From positions 448,001 to 512,000 of the forward strand of contig CAVSTP010000004.1 in assembly GCA_963730935.1 (NCBI GenBank): DNA of 64,000 bases, given 5' to 3'. Below the pieces are notes generated by a model, which ran no database searches, was not told where the DNA came from, and worked only from the letters and a program-made list of their open reading frames with translations. How positions within the stretch are numbered: position 1 is the stretch's first letter; each line of letters starts with the position of its first letter. This document shows, one piece after another, positions 62,251 to 64,000 of this stretch. Made by a program: the position numbers and the translations under genes. Source of the stretch: an uncultured Nitrospiraceae bacterium. Lineage in GTDB: Bacteria > Nitrospirota > Nitrospiria > Nitrospirales > Nitrospiraceae.

Positions 62251-63258
62251 ATGCCTGCTCAACCGATGGACAACAGGTCATCCACACCACTCGGGATCGG
62301 CCTCGTCGGCGTTGGCCGGCACGGCAGCCGGTACGTCCAGCACCTGCTTCACGACCTGCCCGGAGCAACACTGACTGCGATCTGCCGCAGAAGGGGCAGC
62401 GGATCGTATCCAGGAACACAGGTTCCAGTGTTCGATGACTACCGCGCGATGATTGCGGATCCGCGCGTCCATGCGGTTGTCGTCGTGACGCCGCCCTCCC
62501 TCTGTCATCCCATTTGTCTGACCGCCGTCGAGGCGGGAAAAGCCATCCTCATTGAAAAGCCGTTGGCGCTCAATGGCCGCGACGCGCGGGCCATGGTGGC
62601 TGCGGCGGAGCAACGCCATGTACCGCTGATGACGGCTCAGACGATGCGATTTGATCCGACCATTATGCTGCTGCGTGAGCAGCTCCGCACGATCGGACCG
62701 CTCACATCCGCGTTGCTGGTCAGTCACATCGAGACCAAGGCGAATCTCATCGCGGGCACCAACGGACCCGTCGCGGTCGGCGCCCTCCTTGAAGTCGGCA
62801 TCCATTTGCTGGATCTGATCCGCTTCCTCACCGGAGAGGAAATTCTCGATGTGCAATGCACGGTGACGCCCGCGCCTCACACAGGGCCCGAGATCCAGGT
62901 CCACGCGAAGGTAAGAACGTCCGGCGACATTCGTTGCACGCTCGACGTCGCACGTGTGGAAACCGAGCGGCAAGGAAGAGCCGAATGGAGGGGGACGATG
63001 GGAGCCATCACGGCAGACTGGGTGGGACGGACGCTGACGAGGATAGCCAACGACGGCACGTCGCGAACATGGACGATCGAGGCACGTCCCACGATCCTCG
63101 CCACGCTGGAAGCCTTTGTCCAGGCGATCCGCACGGACACAGCGCCACCGATTAGCGGTCTCGACGGTTGCCTCGCCGTAGAGGCGGCCGATGCCTGCTA
63201 TCGTTCGGCGGCTCGAGGCGGCGCGGTCGTGAAATGCGAGCCGGACGCTGGCCGCTAG
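62251..63258 (+). CDS. Gfo/Idh/MocA family oxidoreductase
   Basis: GLVGVGRHG, VVTPPSLH, IEKPLA, GIHLLDL. Confidence 0.9.
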   Translation: MPAQPMDNRSSTPLGIGLVGVGRHGSRYVQHLLHDLPGATLTAICRRRGSGSYPGTQVPVFDDYRAMIADPRVHAVVVVTPPSLCHPICLTAVEAGKAILIEKPLALNGRDARAMVAAAEQRHVPLMTAQTMRFDPTIMLLREQLRTIGPLTSALLVSHIETKANLIAGTNGPVAVGALLEVGIHLLDLIRFLTGEEILDVQCTVTPAPHTGPEIQVHAKVRTSGDIRCTLDVARVETERQGRAEWRGTMGAITADWVGRTLTRIANDGTSRTWTIEARPTILATLEAFVQAIRTDTAPPISGLDGCLAVEAADACYRSAARGGAVVKCEPDAGR

Positions 63259-63491
63259 GTGTCGGCGACGATGTGCGTATCCGTTTCTTCCACCCCTTCA
63301 ATCTGGTGAATCTTGGTGATCACCACGTCGGAGAGCGATCGTTCATCCTGCGTCGTGATGAATAAAAAGATGTCCGGCTGGCCGAAGCAGGAATGGACCT
63401 GTTCGACTCCGGCGAGTTTCTTCAACGACTGCAGGACGTCCTTCGTGCGGCCGGTCTTCACCTTGATAAGTATGTAGGCCTTCGTTGCCAT
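63255..63491 (-). CDS. Stand-alone Lrp/AsnC ligand-binding (RAM) domain protein
   Basis: MATKAYILIKV...GVEQVHSCFGQPDI...KIHQIEGVEETDTHIV; SD AAGGAG. Confidence 0.85.
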   Translation of the reverse strand: MATKAYILIKVKTGRTKDVLQSLKKLAGVEQVHSCFGQPDIFLFITTQDERSLSDVVITKIHQIEGVEETDTHIVADT

Positions 63492-64000
63492 CGGGTCTCT
63501 CCTTTCGGTCGAAACGTTTTCCGCCAGGCATGTTGCGTCTGTGGTCGGCAAAAATTCGATGAATGTTGCGGCCCTGGCGGCTGAATGCGGATCGTGCCCT
63601 GGCGTAGAGGTCGCTCAACGACTCGAAATCCTCCCGCCGCATATTGACGCGTGTAAATGATCCGGCCAGTTGCGCTCGCGCTTGGAGGGAGAGTCCCGCG
63701 TAGTGGTCGCACACCGCCTCGAGCACCTCACTGGTCCACCCTGCCTTGCGGAACTCTGCGCCGATGTCCTCCGCTCGAGCGGCATACTTGGCATGGAGCG
63801 CCTCGTCCAGAAACTGACGCACCGTCGGATCCGTGCTTTTCATGAACAGCCCTTGGAACTGAATCACGATCTGAATGACCTTGTTCGCTTCGGGAGTTCC
63901 CTCGGGAGGAAGAATGCCGGCCTCTTGGAGTGTCGCCAACAAGGCCATGGAAGCCCCGACCGGTCCGGACGACGTGCGCCACTGCGATTGCACCGGTGCC
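63343..64000 (-). CDS. Hypothetical protein (5' end probably outside the window), overlapping the Lrp/AsnC gene
   Basis: Frame is open to the window edge; helical body; last 149 nt overlap the next gene in another frame. Confidence 0.6.
   Translation of the reverse strand, partial: APVQSQWRTSSGPVGASMALLATLQEAGILPPEGTPEANKVIQIVIQFQGLFMKSTDPTVRQFLDEALHAKYAARAEDIGAEFRKAGWTSEVLEAVCDHYAGLSLQARAQLAGSFTRVNMRREDFESLSDLYARARSAFSRQGRNIHRIFADHRRNMPGGKRFDRKERPDGNEGLHTYQGEDRPHEGRPAVVEETRRSRTGPFLLRPAGHLFIHHDAG

Overview
Core chromosomal segment of a high-GC diderm bacterium. Gene content and style (bacterial topoisomerase VI, class II RNR, several stand-alone PilZ proteins) fit Nitrospira best, which is an inference. 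It carries lon (partial), an rlmL-like methylase, a RelE-type toxin-antitoxin pair, a mutY-mutT-exonuclease operon, mtaB-miaB, ampG, nrdJ with NrdR and DnaA boxes, rlpA, ligA, trpEGDCFBA, lnt-prfB (frameshifted)-lysS-lolE-lolD, a 6S RNA candidate, top6B-top6A, ahpC, addB-addA, lgt and tRNA-Leu(TAA). I saw no CRISPR array, prophage, integrase or IS. The most interesting area is 44.0-48.0 kb. It has a non-coding DnaA-box cluster with a DnaA-trio-like motif (possible oriC or DnaA titration site), then 6S RNA, then an archaeal-type topoisomerase VI whose B subunit has a long tail containing a beta-clamp-type motif (QMALF). Other leads are the coupled short MutY/MutT/DEDD exonuclease operon, a nuclease-fold gene behind nrdJ, two small proteins missed by the ORF track, a dienelactone hydrolase lacking its nucleophile, and several probable leaderless transcripts. 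All calls come from reading motifs by eye; no searches were run.
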